Shown here: positions 60,878 to 64,000 of the stretch, piece after piece | How the letters are laid out: each line of letters opens with the position of its first letter | Position numbering within the stretch: position 1 is the stretch's first letter | Assembly: GCA_965219385.1 (NCBI GenBank) | Contig: CBDCNM010000002.1 | Coordinates: 3,172,305 to 3,236,304 of the forward strand | From: Candidatus Latescibacterota bacterium | Lineage (GTDB): Bacteria > Latescibacterota > UBA2968 > UBA8231 | Length of the DNA: 64,000 nt | Direction of reading: 5' to 3' | The notes under the pieces: model-generated | The model's input: only the letters and a program-made list of their open reading frames with translations | The model's database searches: none | What the model was told of the DNA's origin: nothing | Program-made: the position numbers and the translations under genes

Positions 60878-63800
60878 CTATTCCGAAGCAATTGTATCCT
60901 GCTGGTTAGGTGTAGTCACTTGGGCGCCTGTAGCCACGAAGTCGCCACTTTCGATCAGAGTCTCCAAGACCCGGAGTGTTCGTCTCTCCGTGTTCTTGGA
61001 CACACTTCTGAATCCAAGAAGTCTCGCTGCCTCCATCGCCGCCTCATTGCGGTCCATCCCGTATGAGTGCTTGACAATAATCCTGAGGGCTTGAGCGATT
61101 TCTTCCGGCGAAACCATCTCGATTCTTTTCCCTCGAATGTCCCTACGGTCACGCACGACGGGCACGTTCATGTCAGTGCTCCAAAGGAACTCTCCCTTCC
61201 TCACGATCAGTCCCCTGCGCTCGGCATTGCCGATTGCCCAGCCAAGATTCCGCTTTACCCTGGAACCGATTCTCGCCACACCTACGGCATCGGCTATTCG
61301 GCGCTGCACCTCGCTAACGTGCACGGGGCCTTCAACGCGGACAACCTCGGTGATGGGGCCGAAAAGCAGCGATCCAGGAGCTTCGTGAAGCTCGCAATAA
61401 CCGATGTCCAACATCGGGTTCGCCAGTTCGTATCGCTGAACGGTGAGAACGCTGGCTGCATCTCCTCCATCCGCACGCTCGATGTGGGGTCTGTTCTTCT
61501 GCTGTATTGGGCGGTCAGTAGGCGCTGCGGCCTTCGCTTGCTCGATGGCTTCGACGGCGCGATTCAACTCGCGCTCCGGGTTGTGGAACCAGTCAGTGCT
61601 CCAAATCCGGTAAAGTCTCCAATCGAGATCCCGCAGGTGCTGCTCCCTTAGCCTGTCCCTGTCCCTCGCCGATCTGGAACTGTGGTAAGAGGCCCCGTCG
61701 CACTCGATTCCGAGGATGTACCTCCCAGGCTGTTCCGGGTCCACAACCGCGAGGTCTATGAACTTGCCGCCTGTAGCGACCTCTTCATGTATGTCGTATC
61801 CCCGGGAGTGAAGCTTGGTCGCCACCGCCCTTTGGAACGGCGAGTCTATCTCACGCCCCGACTCGCCATCCACATCCTCAAGAACGCCGGTTTCCGCGTA
61901 GGCCAAGAAGGTCTTCAAGGCTCGAACGCCGCGAGAGCTGGTTCGATTTAGGTCGATGTCGGCGGCACGCAGATTCGTGAAGACGTGGCAACGGCGTTTA
62001 GCTCGGGTGATGAGAACATTCAGTCGTCGTTCACCGCCTTCCGCAGTCAGTGGCCCGAAGTTCATGGCGACCTGCCCTCCGGCGTCCCGCCCGTATCCGA
62101 TGCTGATGAATATGACGTCCCTTTCATCTCCCTGTACGTTTTCCAGATTCTTAACGAAGAATGGTTCCTCGGGATGGTCATTGAAGAATGTCTCGCAGGA
62201 GAGGTCCTGTCGGCGGAGTCTCTCTAGCTCGTCCTGGATGGCTTCTCTCTGCGCGGAGCTGAATGCTGCTACACCGAGGGTCAATCCAGGACTCCGCCTG
62301 GCATGTTCCATGACATGAGCCGCCACAACAGCGGCCTCTTTGCGATTTGTGCTGCTCCTCCCACGGTCGTATTGGGTATCTGGAAGGTAGTGATACCTAA
62401 GACCGATGCTCTCCCTACTGGAGTCGGGGCTTGGGAAGACTACTAGCCCATTGTCGTAGAACTCTCGGTTCGACACGGCTATCAGAGACTCGTGGCGGCT
62501 ACGGTAGTGCCATCTCAGCATCCTGTCAGGCGCGCCCTCAGCGCGGAACAACCCCAAGATGCTCTCCATGTCTGCGACCACGCTGTCGTCATCATCATCG
62601 TCGTCAGATTGTGTAACGATGTCGAAGAACCTCGTTGGCGGCAATTGCTTGCTGTCACCCACGACTACGGACTGGTCAGCGCGCATTAGGGCGCCAAGAG
62701 CATCCACGGGCCTAACCTGGCTGGCCTCGTCGAACACTACAAGATCGAAATAGACGCTGCCTGGAGGCAGATATGTTGCGATGGACATTGGACTCATCAT
62801 GAATACGGGCTTGATTGCTTGTATGGCATTCCCTGCTTGAACCATCAACTGTCGGACTGGAAGGTGCCCGCGCTTCCTCTCGAACTGCCTCCTGAGAGTC
62901 CGAAGTTGTCCGCCGCCGTCGTACTTGGGAAGCTGTGACCAGTGGGAATAGGCCACCCTGGCGCGATTGTGGTCCAGCGCAAGTTCGTCCATCGAACAGA
63001 ACTGTCCTATCAGTTGTTCATGTATGTTGCCGGCGAAGCTCGAAAGGGCGTACCGCTCGTTCAGGGCGCGGGACAAGACATGCTCATACCACGCCCGTTC
63101 AAATACACTTCTTAGGTGGTGAGCCGCCTCCGACCACTCCGCCCCGACCTCCACGAGCGATCCGAGCCCTTCCTCCGCAGCTTCGTGGGCCGCGCTGTTG
63201 AACCCAACAAGGTCATGGATGCCGTCTATCCCGCCCGACCAATCGGTGAGGATTTCGCCCTGCGCCGCAAACGGGAGAGTTATCATCCCTTCGAGTTGCG
63301 CTCCTCCTCCATTGGTCAAGCTCACGCGGGCGGAATCCCTGAATCGCTTCGAGTTGTCCATTTCCAGGAAGGCTTGAAGCGTGTCTAGGCGGTTGACGTG
63401 AGAATCCACCGCTGCCCTGACCTTATCTGTCAGGCTACCCACGACCTCTGGGTTTATGTCGTCACGAAGGGACCTGGCGGCGTCAATCGGTATGACGCCG
63501 TTGTCAACATCAGTGAACAGCGCTAGCGCCCACTCGACGATCCGGCCGATGGCTTTCCAATCGGAATCCGCACCCTTCCACTTCGGTCCTAGGGCAGCTT
63601 CAGCGACTGGGGACATCGAGTCGAATGTCCGCCGAAGTTCCTGCTCCTCCAAGATCCCATCCAGAACCTCGATTTGCCGTTCGACACCAACTGGCGGTGC
63701 GGCTCTGAATAAAGCGGAGAGGCTGACGTTGGCTTGGGCAAGATCGTTGTTCTCTTTGCCCATTGCGTTGAGGATGTCGCCCTGTTGAGCAAAGCTAAGA

Positions 63801-64000
63801 GACAGGAGTCCGGCCTCGCCCTCGATGTCCAATGCGATGATGGAAGAAAGCCTCTCAATGCGCTCAGCGTGGGAATCCGTGGCCTTTACAACCTGCCCCA
63901 ACAGGGCCTCTATCTCCCTCGCGTCGATGTCGTCTCGCAGGCGCCTTACGGTGTCAATCGCTATGTGGCCGCTGTCTACGTCAGTGAACAGGGCAAGCGC
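60878..64000 (-). CDS. large SF1 helicase with Vsr-like nuclease and DUF3320 (DUF4011/Hhe-type), 5'-truncated by the window edge
   Basis: MMSPMSIA, FDEASQ, GDSKQLPP, WHYRSR, ENVQGDERD, RRLNVLITRA, GIECDGASYH...RDR...RIWSTDW; frame open to 64000. Confidence 0.88.
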   Translation of the reverse strand, partial: ALALFTDVDSGHIAIDTVRRLRDDIDAREIEALLGQVVKATDSHAERIERLSSIIALDIEGEAGLLSLSFAQQGDILNAMGKENNDLAQANVSLSALFRAAPPVGVERQIEVLDGILEEQELRRTFDSMSPVAEAALGPKWKGADSDWKAIGRIVEWALALFTDVDNGVIPIDAARSLRDDINPEVVGSLTDKVRAAVDSHVNRLDTLQAFLEMDNSKRFRDSARVSLTNGGGAQLEGMITLPFAAQGEILTDWSGGIDGIHDLVGFNSAAHEAAEEGLGSLVEVGAEWSEAAHHLRSVFERAWYEHVLSRALNERYALSSFAGNIHEQLIGQFCSMDELALDHNRARVAYSHWSQLPKYDGGGQLRTLRRQFERKRGHLPVRQLMVQAGNAIQAIKPVFMMSPMSIATYLPPGSVYFDLVVFDEASQVRPVDALGALMRADQSVVVGDSKQLPPTRFFDIVTQSDDDDDDDSVVADMESILGLFRAEGAPDRMLRWHYRSRHESLIAVSNREFYDNGLVVFPSPDSSRESIGLRYHYLPDTQYDRGRSSTNRKEAAVVAAHVMEHARRSPGLTLGVAAFSSAQREAIQDELERLRRQDLSCETFFNDHPEEPFFVKNLENVQGDERDVIFISIGYGRDAGGQVAMNFGPLTAEGGERRLNVLITRAKRRCHVFTNLRAADIDLNRTSSRGVRALKTFLAYAETGVLEDVDGESGREIDSPFQRAVATKLHSRGYDIHEEVATGGKFIDLAVVDPEQPGRYILGIECDGASYHSSRSARDRDRLREQHLRDLDWRLYRIWSTDWFHNPERELNRAVEAIEQAKAAAPTDRPIQQKNRPHIERADGGDAASVLTVQRYELANPMLDIGYCELHEAPGSLLFGPITEVVRVEGPVHVSEVQRRIADAVGVARIGSRVKRNLGWAIGNAERRGLIVRKGEFLWSTDMNVPVVRDRRDIRGKRIEMVSPEEIAQALRIIVKHSYGMDRNEAAMEAARLLGFRSVSKNTERRTLRVLETLIESGDFVATGAQVTTPNQQDTIASE

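Larger units (their letters stand above)
51347..64000 (-). mobile_element. integrative genomic island (defence-like cargo) extending beyond the window
   Basis: Recombinase with att-like site, all cargo genes on the minus strand, altered composition (frequent CTAG). Confidence 0.75.

Noticed and set aside
51347..64000. Whole-island TAG recoding or prophage
   Set aside because: TAG ends relE, the HTH antitoxin and other genes at natural positions; no phage structural genes are present

Overview
GC-rich bacterial chromosomal window. The gene content (six PhyH dioxygenase paralogues, a PQQ-like beta-propeller, GH2, LytR_C-rsfS-mtnA) suggests a Latescibacterota/FCB-type organism; this is inference only. 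0.4-19.5 kb: metabolic genes, a large Ig-repeat surface protein and a cell-wall operon (SPOR, mltD-like, mreD-mrdA-rodA, TPR). 19.5-24 kb: two divergent sensor-less sigma-54 activators, a pair of IHF-like sites, a candidate structured small RNA with 17-nt complementarity to the 16S rRNA 3' end, and an orphan parA. 24-51 kb: accessory metabolic genes with several gene relics, plus SWIM-SNF2, MFS and msrAB. From about 51.3 kb to the window end lies a compositionally foreign integrative island. Its large serine recombinase carries a tRNA-3'-end-like att site in its own tail and is split by an IS5 element. The cargo is defence-like: RelE/HTH, PD-(D/E)XK nucleases, DUF262, EcsC-like, and a DUF3320/Vsr helicase. 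Three island genes each carry one in-frame TAG where a Trp (TGG) is expected. All family assignments come from motif recognition, not database searches.
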